From positions 11,966,001 to 12,030,000 of the forward strand of contig CP075495.1 of NCBI GenBank assembly GCA_021613535.1: DNA of 64,000 bases, in the 5' to 3' direction. Below the pieces are notes generated by a model, which saw only the letters and a list, made by a program, of their open reading frames with translations, did no database searches and was not told the origin of the DNA. Made by a program: the position numbers and the translations under genes. Origin of the DNA: Adineta vaga (lineage: Eukaryota > Animalia > Rotifera). Of this stretch, positions 32,653-46,739 are shown piece by piece; the first letter of the stretch is position 1, and the number at the start of each line of letters is the position of its first letter.

Positions 32653-33103
32653 AAAGAAGAAAGATTGGTTCCAATAGTTCAAGACATTTTCTTGATGTTA
32701 AATTATTTGTTTTCTTTTAATAGTTGTTTTAAGAAACGAAGAAAAAATAAGAATTTTAATAGTAGTAGTAGTAGTAGTAGTAGTAGAAGAAGCAGAAGAA
32801 AAAAGAAGAACATACAACAAACAACAGCAATAATAGTAATATTCAATCATGAAAAAAAAGAAAGAAAGAAAAAAAAGAAAATGATTAATGATCAAGTTTC
32901 TACATTTTTAAACGTTGAATGATATAGAAGAAAAAGATCATCATCATCATCATTATTATTATTATCATTCGCTTTTTTTGTTTTTTGTTTTCAATAGACA
33001 CATACACATACATAGACAACCATGATTAAGTTAATAATAAAGGTAAAATGTCTAACTCTCTATGTACACATAAAATAACGATCGTTTTTGTTTATCATCG
33101 TCT

Positions 33104-36100
33104 TTAGATTTTATTCGTATTTCCATTGGAAGTAGATGATTTTTCTAAATTACTTGTTTGTTGTTGAGCTTTGGAAATGTAAACATTCAAAAGTTTGAGC
33201 TAAAAGATATAACAAAAGAAATTTTTTTAAAGAATCAATAAAGAATAAACAATGTTGATGTCAACGTTCATAGTATTACTCAGAACTGAATTGAATATAT
33301 TTTTTTCCATATAATTTCAACATGACTTTGTAATTCAGTCACGATCGAGCGAAAAAAAGGTCCATGACATATAAGTCATATTGTGATTAACTTTAAACTA
33401 ATTCTCATTCATTTTTGTTTTTGAAAGTACTTTGATAGAAAATCAAATAATCAGACAAAGAGTATAAAAATGAAGCGAGCAGCAGCACAATGAACCAATG
33501 CATCAAATCTCAAATTTTATCTTACCAAAACTTCTTTAGAAAAGCGAGACTAGATGAAAAGAAATCTCAAAATTTTCTTCTGACTAAACTTCAACAAACT
33601 CGATCCATTTTTTTTCAACAATAATCTATTTACCTTGCTTGCACTTAGTTTATGTAAATGAGTACGAAGACTATCACCAACAACCAAATAAATTGAAACC
33701 AAACAGAACACTGCTGCTTTACGTACACTTGATGTTTCACTATCCCATGACTAAAAACAAATAAGAAATAGTTTCTGTTTTCTTTCTGTAAAAAGCAATT
33801 CAATGAATATTATAGCATTGGTCATGATGTATGTTTTCCATGCGATAAATTTCAAGATGAAAAAAAAACAAGAAAGCGATAGTGTTAGAAGAAGAAAAAA
33901 ATATCACCAATCCTTACGCCGTTTCCACTGATGAGATTTTGGGAATGAAAATCCCATGCCTTGTTATATTTTAGTTGAAGATTTGAGATACATTTACTTA
34001 TTTTTACAAACAATAACTTACTGTTAAAAGTGATGGAATCATTTCAGGCATAAGTTCTGTACAGATATCTTTATTCATGAATTCAATTGTTTTTTGTAAC
34101 ATTGCAATTGCTGATTGATTCATGGGATATTTGCCTTGTTCAATAATTGGTTTAAGTACTCGAACTGTGTTTTCAGCGGAAAGATATTCAGCCGCTGCGT
34201 GAGCTGCTTGTTCAGCTGAACGAGTGATCTAAAACATAGCGAAAGAATATAAATTCTTGAAAAACAAACCACTTTTCGAAACTTACTTCACTTTCTGTAT
34301 CACTTTGTGCTTTTAATATTCGAAAAATTGTTAATTCAATGTAATTTTTAAATAAATTTGAATGATGTGTTAATAATTCTCGTATAATACGTAAACTATA
34401 AACTTTATATAAGATGTCATCATGTTCATTGTCAAGTATGTGTGTTAAAATATTTAATGTTTTACTAAATGCTAAATTCCATGTTTCTGTATCGTTTAAT
34501 TTCGAAAATTTTAAGATACAACGTAATGCATGTTGACGTTGTTCTTTGCCTAATGATTGTTGATTAGCCGTATTTAATGCAACATCAATTGCAGCTGGTC
34601 GATCAGCAGCATCAAGAATACTCTATGAAATATTAATAAGAAAATGTTCATTTTTGATAAATCTAGAAGAAAAGATATGAAACATACATCTGACGCTTCG
34701 GTTGCATTGCTTTGTGATTGATTCGAACGATATGCTTGTGGTGTATAATGTCGAGTTGAATTTGAGCGTAAATCTAAATAATTTATATAGAAATTTAATT
34801 AAATATGGAAATTATATCGTACCTTGATGTATAGTTTCTTTAAGAGACTGTGGATTTGATAATAATAAATCATCTTGTCGATGATGAATATTTAATGCTT
34901 GCATATTTTCCATTAAAATACGCATGTCTGATGAATAGGATGGTGTTTGAAGATCAGAATGAATCGAACTTGTTAATGACGATGTTAAACCACTACTATT
35001 TGACCGTTGAAGAAAATCAAATCTGAACAAAAGTATTAGTAGATCAAGATAAATTCGATCATTATCCATACTTAGAATCAAGTTGAGAATGTACAGAAGA
35101 TTGCATGTCATTTGCTGGTCGAAGAATTTTTGCAGCAGCATCCTAGAACATTTTTATTCAATTGATATGAACAAGATCAAATCATATGATTCAATTTCAC
35201 AAAACAATCGTCAAATACGAATAATCAACATTCTGTGAATATAAACTCACTTGATACGTTTGTGGTAAAGCCGTAAGCATTAATGTAAATTCTGGTCGAT
35301 TCAAATTATAAAGTGCAAGTATAACACTTTGTGCAGCCTAAATAGAGATTGTGTAGTTTTTCAACATAATTATCCAATTGCATTTACCTTTCTCATTTCG
35401 ATACTTTTTGGTTCACTTGACCAATTAATAATTTTTGATAAAGCAATACGAATATCAGCATTATTAGCAATATCTACTGGTTCCATATGTTGAATAATTT
35501 GTTGTAAATATCTTAGAAGTGTTTCTTTTGCTTTAATACCAGGTGCTGAGGAATTATCATTGATAAAACGGATAAGAACAGTAAATTGTGCATGAACATC
35601 AAATGATGTATTGACAATTGTTAGACATGTTTTTAATTTTTTATAAACAGAATCAAGTAAATCAGGTGCACCCAAACGAATTAATAAACGTGTTAATAAT
35701 GTATAAAGCCATTCGTTCAATTCACGTTTATGAGCTGTTATAAATTCAGGTAAAACATCAAGAAATGCAGTAAATACTTGTGAATGCGGATCATAAAAAC
35801 GTTTTGTTAATAATTCAGTAATCCGTTTTAATTCATGAGCACTGAACAGTAAAATAAACATATTATTTAATTAAAAAATGAAATCATCAGTGAAGACATT
35901 TTCCTTACCTAAATACACGACCTGATCGAATCATATGATATAAACTAGCAAGACTTTCTTTTCGTTCAGTCCATTCGTTACTTTGCATTCGACGTAATAT
36001 ATCTGCTACATCCTAATTACAGAAAAAAAGTAAGACACGTCTTAAAATTGAATTTATTTATGAAAAAAACGTATACTTCAAGTGATCTTTCTGAACATAT

Positions 36101-39100
36101 ACTAGATGTTTCTGATGCATCATCACCACTATCAGCACCCCATGCACCATTGCCACGACGTACATGATCACCATAATCATTTCCTGGTGCTCGATATCCG
36201 TAGGGTCCTTATAAAAAAGAACAAATTTAAATTTAAATTCCAAACAATGTAAATCGAATCAATAGGTTAAAGTTCTACTAATTGAATCAAACAAACAGAT
36301 ATACAAAGAAAAATGATCTACGATGTTAACATACGAATATACATATATAGATACATCTACAAAACTTACGTCCATATCGACGTCTATTTCCACCACCACT
36401 AGTAGTCACCGCTGAAAATATGTGTTTTTTTTGTTTATCTCTTTGTTTTGAAAATTTACTTATTGAAAAGAAAAATAAAGGTGGAAAACGTTGATTTACG
36501 TACGTGTTCGTCCTGGACTTGATTCTCGACTTGATATCCTTGACCCACCACTTGAACCAATTGGTATTCGTGAACGTGTATTCGTTGGTGTACGTAATAC
36601 AGATGATAAATAATGAGATGATTTCAGGGAATTTGGTGATGTTGAACGACTACCTGGTTGAGATTGAGAAACCGTATGATTTGGACGAGGATTGACTGTA
36701 GATGTTTTTGCACTATTTGTTGTAGCTGCAGATTGAGCAAGAAAACGTGGTCGACCTAAATTATTTATTCGCTTCTTTTTCTTATCATTTCAAACATACG
36801 AATATACATACCGGTTGTTGATTGAATATTAGGCGTTGCTAAGTCTAAAATTAGAAGAATAAAATTTAAAATAATCAAAAGAGAATTTTTTTTAGCTTGT
36901 TTTTCTCAAATGCTTATTAAATATTTTTAAATATCAATCTGATATTTTACAATTATCATGCAGTTATGAGTTCTTATCTATTATTTATGAATAAGGTCAT
37001 GAACTATACCCTCAAGGTGTTCATTGAACTTCAAGTGTATGAACCTTGAAATGATTGTTCAATATTCACATTACTAAAGAAAAAGACGACCTCTCTTAAG
37101 AAACTAATCAATGTTCATGAATGTATTAAAGTTGATCGAATGACTCCCACATCAAATCTTGCTCGTCTTATAAATTTGCGAAATAAAGTCTTACTTGCTA
37201 AATTATTTTTTCTTCGTAATGCAAGTTCATTAGCACTGGACGATCGTGCTAGAGCACCTGGTGATTGTTGTTTATCTTTAAAGAGAAAATAAATAAAAGA
37301 ACATTCATTTTTCAAAAAGGAAATCTTTGAAGATGTTACATACCATGAATTAATGCTCGAGCTTGTCGAGGTGTAGCACTGAAATGAATAGGATATTTTA
37401 ATAGAAACAAATGAAACCAAACCAAAAAAATAATATCTTACTCTTTTATAGTACGTAATTTCGAAGTGCCTGCACTTGCTAATGAATGTGTACTCGATGA
37501 ATTACTCATTTCACCCTAATTTATTGATAAATAGGAAAAAAACAAAAAATCTATTAAAAAAAGAGCCTTCTCCCCTGGAAATATTTAACTAACCAATAAA
37601 GTTTTCTTTTTCGAAGCATCAAGTGAGGCAAGCAAAACGTCTGCTAATAAAGGAAAATGGTCACGAAAATGTCCAAATGCTTTTCTCGCATGTGATCGAG
37701 CGTCAGCATCAGCATCTGATAGACCTTTTTTTATTGCATTATGTATTAATTGACCATGTTTATCCAAATAAACAACATCCCATTGTGAAAGCATGGTAAC
37801 CAATAATTCATATGTATGTCTAATTAAAATTAAGATTAGAAGAAAAGAAAGAAATAGTGTTGAGAATAAACATTCTATTTTTCAAACCTTCGAATTTCTT
37901 TCGATTTCGATTCAACACCAGCTAATATCAATGGAATGATTTTACTTGCTTGTGTATTATTTATTATAAAACGCACGCCAACAACACCACTTGTTGAAAT
38001 GATTTTTGCACTATTTTGTATTAAATTGACCATAGCTGGTAGAACACCTTCTGCTGTACGTTCGAAACGATTGGTTAATCGTACAGACATATATGCTAAT
38101 GTAATACAAGCTTCACGAACAATCTGTGAGCGTAAATCTTTGACAGTTGCAATCAATGGTAAATCAAGTTGACGAAGGTGACGAAAAAAGTCATCATATT
38201 GATCACCACCACCGGCTATAATTGAACGTAATCGTCGTAGCTAAATATATGAACAAAGAAAAATGGAATAAGTCAAATAAATGTTCAAGATAAAATGTTA
38301 ATTTCTTTTTTCTCTCTTACAGCTTCGACACGTTTTTCCCAATCATTATTGGTATCAGCAAGTGTATCACGAATAATGGTTAATTGATTTTCAACATCTT
38401 TTCCTGATGATAACTAAATAAAAGAATTTCAAGAAGAAATTTCGAATTTTTGATTAGTTTACTGTTATTGGATGAGATGCATTGAACGCTTCTTCAAAAA
38501 TGGCTTCATCAACGGCACCGTTGGCAGCAGCTAAAGAAAACGAGAAAAAAAGTTTGTTTCTATTGATTATTTCTTTTATTCTACGTAATACAGTACGATT
38601 TAGTTTACGATTCATGATCAAATCTTACGTCATCAACAGCAGAGAGAGAGAGAGAGAGAGATATGTGTGTGTATGCACATAAAATGAATAATGTGACTTA
38701 GTGAAACAATAACACATACATATATACTTGTATATATATATTTCAGCGAATGCAAAAGAATAAAAAGAAAAGGAAGAAGAACGACTGGTGCAGATATATA
38801 TATATATACATATATGACAAGACAACATCAGTTGAGATTGATTAATGATGATATACGAGAGGTGACACAATACAACAAAGGATATGATACCTCCGGTTAA
38901 TATTGTAGATGAATGAGGACGGGGTATACCCGATGAAGAGCGTGAACGACGATTCGTAGAAGAAGAAGTAGAACCTGTATCTATATTCATTTCTACATTT
39001 TGTTTTGCTTATGATTTATAAAAATTTAATTATTTTAAAATTTGGTCTATTTACCTGCAGAAACTGGAGTAGTATTGGGTGTAGGAATTCCTGGTCCTGG

Positions 39101-42100
39101 ACGTGATCGAGATGTTGGACCATTGTCGTGTTGTAATCGGGATTTGACATTCGAAGTTGGTGGTTTTGGACGAGCTAAAAATAGATTCATTTAAGATATG
39201 AAATATCAGACAAATAATATATTCACTACGGACGAGTATTGAATCAAAAAGAAAAAAAAGAAAAGAATCTTACGAGGTTTACTTGCCAAAAATACAACAT
39301 TTGTAGTCGGCATCATCTGTAAATGTGATGCACACTCCTTTTCATCTGTTTTTTTCATTCTTTATGATCATGTATATGAAGTTTGAATATCAATGAAAAC
39401 TATACATACATCATCATCTTTTTATCGTTTGTCATCACTTCGAATTGTTAAAAACTTTCAAACATATAAACTCAAGCATATATGAAAAAGAGAAGGAGAG
39501 GAAAAACGATCAATTGATAAGTTCAATAAACCGATTACTACACGATATGATTGAAAAAGAAACGATCAGGAAAGAGAAGAAGTAGGATAGATGAAGATTG
39601 ACCAGTCGGTATATGGATTGAAAGGAATAACTCACAAAGTATATACATTAAATATATGAAAATTATACCACGTTTGAAAGCTTTTGACTGATCGGTTCAT
39701 TAAAATTATAATTAACAACAACCATTGACACATATTCTGTTATTGTAAAGAACAAAAATGGTTATTTTCAATTGAAATTATTCGCAAATTTATCATTTGA
39801 ACGAAAGGACATCAAAAGATAATTTCTATTAGAGATTTATATGCATATTGAAATGAAAGCGAATAAATTCAGTATGCTTTTTATAAACACGAAATAAAAA
39901 GGAAGAGATCGAATAAATGTACTCACAATAGTTCAATAAGTGAATGCGAAGAAATGAATGAGACCTTGAATATGTATATAGTATTTACCTGGTAACGATT
40001 TTCTCGCGTAACTTAACCGTTGAAATCCAGTCGTCATCAATGGATGTACCACATCATTCTCATCTTCAGTTAATGCTGGTAATTGAAATTGAGTTGATGA
40101 TGGACCAAGAAACTGTTCCATTAAGGACGGATCCATAATATTTTTAATTTAGTAATTCGTATCGTATACAATCAGAAAAAAAAGAAGGCTTCGCGACGAT
40201 CAAGTACGATGGTGTCGGATTGTAATAAGGTAGTTAGTTAAATACACACACGTATATATATGTATATATGTCCCTCACACACTTATATACACTCGCCTTT
40301 TTTTCCTATACAGGGTTTTTTGTCACTTAGATATACCTAGTCACGATCAACTTATCTTTCATTTATATCTTACGTCGTGTGATGAACACACATATACATA
40401 TACATATACACCTTACACTTTTCGATGAAGCTGATGACTGAGTTAATACAATGCAAATATGATCTTCCATTTCGATTAACGGTCAGCAGTAGTAAAAGAT
40501 GTTGGTGACAAAAAAAAAGAAGAGAAAGAAGAAAAGCAAATCAACGATCGTAGTCAGCCAGGTCACCTCTATTCACACTACTATTCAAATTGATCGAACA
40601 TCACTTGACGCACTTATTACGTATATTTTCTCTCTTTCGCTCTTTTTTTCTTTGTCTCATACCCATAAGGTGTTTGAACGAAGAAAAAAATCGAAGAAAG
40701 ACATCGACGACGAATTTCTTTCTGTACAAAGAAGGGATATATGTATATATAAATATGAATATATATACACACACACACGTGCAAATTTAGATGAACAATA
40801 AAATATAAATGCCTTGCTAGATACATATTTATGGTATCTCTAATACATAATCTTATTGAACTTTTTCTTTTTCTTCTTACCATTAGTTGTGGAAGATGCA
40901 GCGTTACCATCTGTTGTGTCAGTCATTTTAGCAATCATTCGTCCACTAGCAACAACGTCATCAAATTTATCGTAAAGTTGTTTTAATCTTAAATAATAAC
41001 AAATAATTTTACGAGAATAATAACAAACGAAAAAAATGTGTAATTATTTACTTCGCCTCTGGTATGTCTCGTTTAGCTATATCACCTCGAACTTTTTCAC
41101 CCACATGACGATAGATTTCGACAAGTGTATCGATTGCTTGTTGACGAACCTAAATGAATACAAAATGTCTATAGTAAAAAGAACCACACACACACATATT
41201 ATCAAAAGAAAGACATACAGTGCCGTTAGAATCAGAAACAAGTTTACAAATCAATGGAACAAGTTTATTTAATTGAATTGTTGATGTACCAAACCTAGAG
41301 AATAGAAATTCGTTTGATTTATCATAATTACAATCTATTAATTAAATGAAAGAGAGAAAAAAAGAAAAAAAAGAAAACATAGGCTCTAATTGTGTATATT
41401 ATTTTCACATACCTCTCATTAATAATCTGCGTTGAATAAGTTCGCTTCATTACGACTAGACAAGATAGTAACAACGAAAAGATTCTAATCCTTTCTTTCT
41501 TCTTTGTCTATTGACTACTATTAACAATAAATAGAAATCACCTGCTTATATATAGATTGACTAACAGTCGTCAATACGCATAGACACAAATAAAACGTAA
41601 AGAATAGATCTATAATCCGTTCGATGACAATAACAACAGCAACACTCGTTTAGACAAAATGGATAGTGGTGATGGTGATGGTGATGGTGATGGTGATCGT
41701 TAGCGAGAGAGATATGTCATTCTTTTCTTGCGTAATATACTCAAACGATCAATACATACATCCCTATCTCTTTGTATGATATGTATACATATATATATGT
41801 ATGAATGTGCATGTAGAATGGAAGTTACATCTTCGTGCTCGAACGAACAAGAAAGAAGCAAGGTATCCTATAGTTACGATATAATACTTAGATCAATGGA
41901 GAGGGATACTATCAATGAATAAATGATCCATTAATCGTACGGATTTGTTCATGAAGAAAACGTGTCTACTGTGGACTAATCGATATTATTCTTCTTTTTT
42001 ATGTCATATATGGAGGAAAATTTATTTATCCATAGTCTTATGACGATATCAATGGACTTACTCTGTGATTGAAGGATATTTAGTTGTAAATATCTTTGAT

Positions 42101-43639
42101 CGATTGGTTAACATGATTTTTGACAATCGTATAGTTAATTACTGAATGTATAATAATATCTAATTGTTATTCGTATTTATGGAAAAAAACCAGTGTGGGA
42201 AACATGAAGAAAAACAAAAGAAGCTGAAGAATGAGAGCTCTTTTTTATGTCAGTACTGAGTGTGTGAACACAATCAGACTGTGTGGATAGACTTTTTTTC
42301 TTCTTTCCGCGATGTATGCATTGATGGTAGTGCATGTTGTTACTCACGGTCGTTGACCGTCGGGCAGCTGTTCGTACATTTGTTTCTTCCTCTTTTTTTC
42401 TCGTGCTCTCTGTTTTCTCTTTTTTTTACTATAGCATCATTTTAATTATGGATGGCAGAAGGACGCATACACACGCATAGAAGTGTCTTTAAGGATTGAA
42501 GAGAAGTAGAAGAAGAATAATAAAAATCCGTTTGACTACCGACTAGATTACATGTATGTAAGTTCACATAGAAGACATACACATATGTTTATTTACCGTT
42601 CAAGTAAATTTATGCCTTCAGCATGGCCATTTTTCTCCTTGTCAGAAACCCTGACAAACATTATAATAATAAACAAATAACAATAAATTGACTATAACTA
42701 CTATCGAGACAAAAAAAGAACAAAATTTTAAGGTCGATTGTTAATAATGAACTACCAAACGACATTCTCTATGTTAGTAGTTGACTGTTATAAGATATAA
42801 AAAAAAAAAGAAAAGAAAACTTTTTTCTTCTCCTTCTTTTTACTTTGGAGACGTTTTCTTCCGCTTCGTTCTCTATTATACATAATGAATATTGTCATCT
42901 ATCTGTAAAGAAACGATCAGAAAAAAAGGTACGTTTACATACTCATTTAATGTTCGAATAAGCAAACGTTGACTTTCTTCTTTGATACGAAATTGTTTAT
43001 TTTCAAATGATAATGGTTGAACAAAGTCCCAAATACGCTAAAATAGAAATTTCGTTCTTATAAATCAATTTCATGGAATACATTAATACTTGAGGCGTGA
43101 ATTTTCTCATTAATTTTAATAAAAGTTGACTAGCTGCTTCTCGAACCTAAATAACATAAATAAAACATTTTTCTTTTAAATTTTCAATCATCTATTTACT
43201 TGATCTTTTCCATCACCTAGTCGATCGACTGTCACAGTGACCACTAGAACAGATGAATATAAAAATTCATGAATTTTTCTTTTAAAATCTATACCATTGT
43301 CAAGATAAGGTTCAAATTCATGAGAATCGAATCGTTCAATTAATAATTCTAATATCCGAAGACCATTACAAGAAATCTAAATGAAATATTTCATCAATAA
43401 TTGATATAATTCAATCTGACAGAAACTAATCATACTCGATAATTACTGCCTTCAATCCATTTTAATAAACCTTTGATAAAACCAGTTAAATCTTCACAAT
43501 TTGTGGAATTATGTACATTAGATAAATAAATTTCCAAGTGAGGAAAACATTCTAATCGAACACTTGGTTCTTTAGATGTAACATTTGAATAGAATTGATC
43601 AAGAGTTTTATTTTCATATATTGCTGACTTATATGCCAT
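33104..43639 (-). CDS. CLASP: CLIP-associating protein (CLASP/Orbit), many exons
   Basis: TOG/HEAT exons (DRLGDGKDQVRE; DWEKRVEAL; VKDLRSQIVREACITLAYMS; GLSDADADARSHAR), SxIP-type and SQPGSRSTSP motifs, and the C-terminus SSVRKAAVFCLVSIY...LKLLNVYISKAQ. Confidence 0.95.
41668..41697. repeat. (GGTGAT)5 intronic tandem repeat
   Basis: Read directly from the sequence. Confidence 0.85.
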
Positions 43640-44315
43640 CTATCTTTCTTTCTATATAACAAGATGTAATAATAACCAAGAAAAAACCAAATCAAACCAA
43701 AAAACTAAATCTATCTGTATCTGTATATATATTGCATTGAATACTTCTGTAAACAAAGACAAAATAGAACGAAACTTAGAACCAAACAAATAGAAAGAAA
43801 GAAAGAAAAAGAAAAAAAGACAATCAATTTAAAGATTTGTTAGTCATTTCAGACAGAAGAATTCTGTTTTTTAAATTCTCATTGGATCAATCGTTATACC
43901 AATAGAAATCATTTTATCTCTTATATTATATTAGATAAAACATGTTTATCAATTCTAAACAAAGATCTTCGAAGAAGTACGAGAATTTTTTTCAATTCTA
44001 TTGTCTTCAAACATACATTATGTATCAGATGTCGCTTGTTAAAATAAGATCTTTTAACCGCAACTTCTAGTTAATGAAAGAATGTAATTTGTATTATTAT
44101 TTTAACATTTATTCTTATCTCTAGTATCGAGTCCGGAAATAAGTTTGTTTGCTTGAGTAAATATTGTATGCATCGATTCGAAAACTAGTATTTCCGACTT
44201 TAAAAGAATATATTTTATTTAAAAAAATATATATATATATATTGAACTAAAATCCTATTGCAGAAATAGATATTTTGACGCAGAAATAAAAGAAAAAAAT
44301 ACTTGGAGAAGAGAT

Positions 44316-44795
44316 TTAATTTGTCGTTTTAATATTTCGTTTTAAATAAGCTTCAAATGATGGAACAATACGTTGGTAAGTACTCGCCATATATGGTGAT
44401 GTAAGAAGAAAATCAGCAGTTGATATATTACATGCCATTGGAATGTTCCATACACTTGCTAAACGTGTTAATGCTCGAACATCAGAATCATGTGGATGAG
44501 CTTCAAGTGGATCAGAAAGAAAAATAAGCATATCAATACATTGTTCAGCAATTTTTGCTCCAAGTTGTTGATCACCACCTAATGGACCTGATTTGTATCT
44601 GATTACTGGAATCTGTAAGACTGATTCAATTAAAGAGCCGGTTGTACCAGTTGCATGAAGTTCATGTTTAAGCAATTGATCACGATTTCGTTTGACCCAT
44701 TCAATTAATTCTTGTTTTTTATTATCATGAGCAACGAGAGCAATACGTTTTCGTTGTCCAATTTCAAATGATTGAGATTGTTCTTCAGATGTCAT
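44316..44795 (-). CDS. mgsA: Methylglyoxal synthase (bacterial type), intronless CDS
   Basis: [34 protein letters not shown]...[24 protein letters not shown]: the MGS active-site motifs are all intact. Confidence 0.96.
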   Translation of the reverse strand: MTSEEQSQSFEIGQRKRIALVAHDNKKQELIEWVKRNRDQLLKHELHATGTTGSLIESVLQIPVIRYKSGPLGGDQQLGAKIAEQCIDMLIFLSDPLEAHPHDSDVRALTRLASVWNIPMACNISTADFLLTSPYMASTYQRIVPSFEAYLKRNIKTTN

Positions 44796-44934
44796 TATTG
44801 ACTATGAGATATCTAAAAAGTCAAAAAGAAGTAAAGGATTTCTCAGGAGATTCATTCAATCGTTGTGTAGTTTTATCAATTCCGATGTAAGTTGAAGTCT
44901 TGCTAGATTAAACAAAAATTTTTTGAAGAGACAA

Positions 44935-45183
44935 TTAGGTTCGTTCAGATTTTGATCGACGTTTTAAGATATATTGTCCCATAGGACTATCAGCTAAAAC
45001 AAAACCGAGTACAGCACCAATTCCAGCACCAGCGATAAATCCAAATGAAAATCGAAATAAACCTTTATACATATTTAATAGTCCAACAAGAACAACTGAT
45101 CCAATAACAATATATTGTGTTGGAATTAAAGATGAAAATGAAAATCGTTTCGATGGAGGAGCATTTTCTGAATTTTGAACCAT
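44935..45183 (-). CDS. Small (82 aa) membrane protein with a glycine zipper
   Basis: Intact ATG ORF with two hydrophobic segments, GFIAGAGIGAVLG and a basic C-tail; TTTCAG acceptor just upstream. Confidence 0.7.
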   Translation of the reverse strand: MVQNSENAPPSKRFSFSSLIPTQYIVIGSVVLVGLLNMYKGLFRFSFGFIAGAGIGAVLGFVLADSPMGQYILKRRSKSERT

Positions 45184-45304
45184 TCTAATTCTATCTGAAA
45201 CTAGATTATAAATACAAAAAGATTTATCTTTTGTATATGAATAGAAGTAGGTAAGGTTTTATTAAAAAGACGGAAGCTAAAGAACTTAAATATTCAAGAA
45301 TAAA

Positions 45305-46611
45305 TCAATCAAGTGTTAATCTATTAAATGAATGATGTTGTTGATGACTATCGCGAACTTTTCTTAATGCTTCAAGAAAATCAGTGCGTGTAATCGGTCT
45401 TAAATGTGATAGATGATCTTCGTCACTTGTTGTTGAAGTTTGATTACACAATTCGACAATACGTTGCATGGCTGCTTGTCGACAGATTTCATTAATATCA
45501 CTACCTGTATAATTCGTTGTTTGTTGTGCTAATTCTTGTAGATCAACATCTGTATCAAGATTTTCATTATTTAAAATTAATTCGAAGATTTTAACACGTT
45601 GATTTATATTTGGTGATTGAATATGATAACGTGTTGGCATACGACGAAGTATAGCTGCATCTAAATCTTGTGCACGATTCGTTGCACCAATAATAAGAAC
45701 ACGATTTGATGATGAATCACCATCATCTGTTTCTAAACCATCCCAAAGTGTCATAAATTGAGTTTTGACCTCGAAAAAAAGAAGAAGAAAATGAAATTAG
45801 TGAAGTGTTCTTTGATGCGAATGCTTTCTTCATACCATTCGTGTGCATTCATGATCATCATTTTGACGTGTACGCATAAATGAATCAATTTCATCAATGA
45901 AAATAATAGTTGGTTGAAGCTTTTTAGCTAAAGAAAATATTGCAGCTGTACGTTTTTGTGATTCACCATACCATTTGTCTAACAACGATGTTACCTGAAA
46001 GAAATAAGATTTGAAAGCATATTCATGTATATCATCTCCTTCTGCTCAATTAATTTCTCTATATACAAATATCAACATACTTGAAGATTAATAAAGTTAG
46101 CTCCTGCTTCTCGAGCAATAGCTTTCGCTAGCATTGTCTTTCCACAACCTGGTGGTCCATAAAGTAGCACCCCTTTGGGTGTTGTTAATAATTTTGAATG
46201 AGAAAATAATTCCGGATGTTGTAATGGATAGATGACAGTTTGTCTAATATTATCAATAGTTTCATCTAAACCTCCGATATCTTGCCAAGTTACTTTAATG
46301 TCTTCAGGATTAATCAAATCGGCTAGTAGACACATTTCATATTCATTGAAATTATTTACAAGTGCTTTTGGTAAATTCATTTTTTTGGAAATAATTTCTG
46401 CTAATTCTTTTTGACGTTTTTTTTCTTCGTGAGTAGGATCTAGATGTTTCATTGCATAACGGATAAGTAGATAGCTAAAAACCATGGAACCAACTAATGC
46501 TAGAGTACGTGTTCCTAATGATAAAATCATTGAACGAACTTGTGGATCTTTTAGATTGATTACACGTGATGTTTGAGTTAGATCCTGAACGATCTTTGAT
46601 GGTACAACCAT
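45305..46611 (-). CDS. ATAD1: AAA+ ATPase ATAD1/Msp1, 3 exons
   Basis: N-terminal TM then LDP; [22 protein letters not shown]; Walker A GPPGCGKT; DKWYGESQK; Walker B IFIDEIDS; QFMTLWDGL; [18 protein letters not shown]. Confidence 0.95.
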
Positions 46612-46739
46612 TTCTAGTTGTTCTTTTTCTTTTCTAGAATGAAAATAAATCTTTTTTTTTTGTCTTGTTTACTATATTTTGATACAGATAAAATAACTTT
46701 ATTTTAAACAAAAATATTAACAAAACAAAAAGAACTTAT

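Noticed and set aside
32665-32922. S/K-rich and T/F-rich ORFs
   Set aside because: Low-complexity 3'UTR sequence between convergent genes.
42595-42654. Exon-like block in the CLASP intron (ag...gaacg|gtaaat)
   Set aside because: In-phase inclusion hits a stop. It may be a poison or UTR exon, but this cannot be supported without RNA data.
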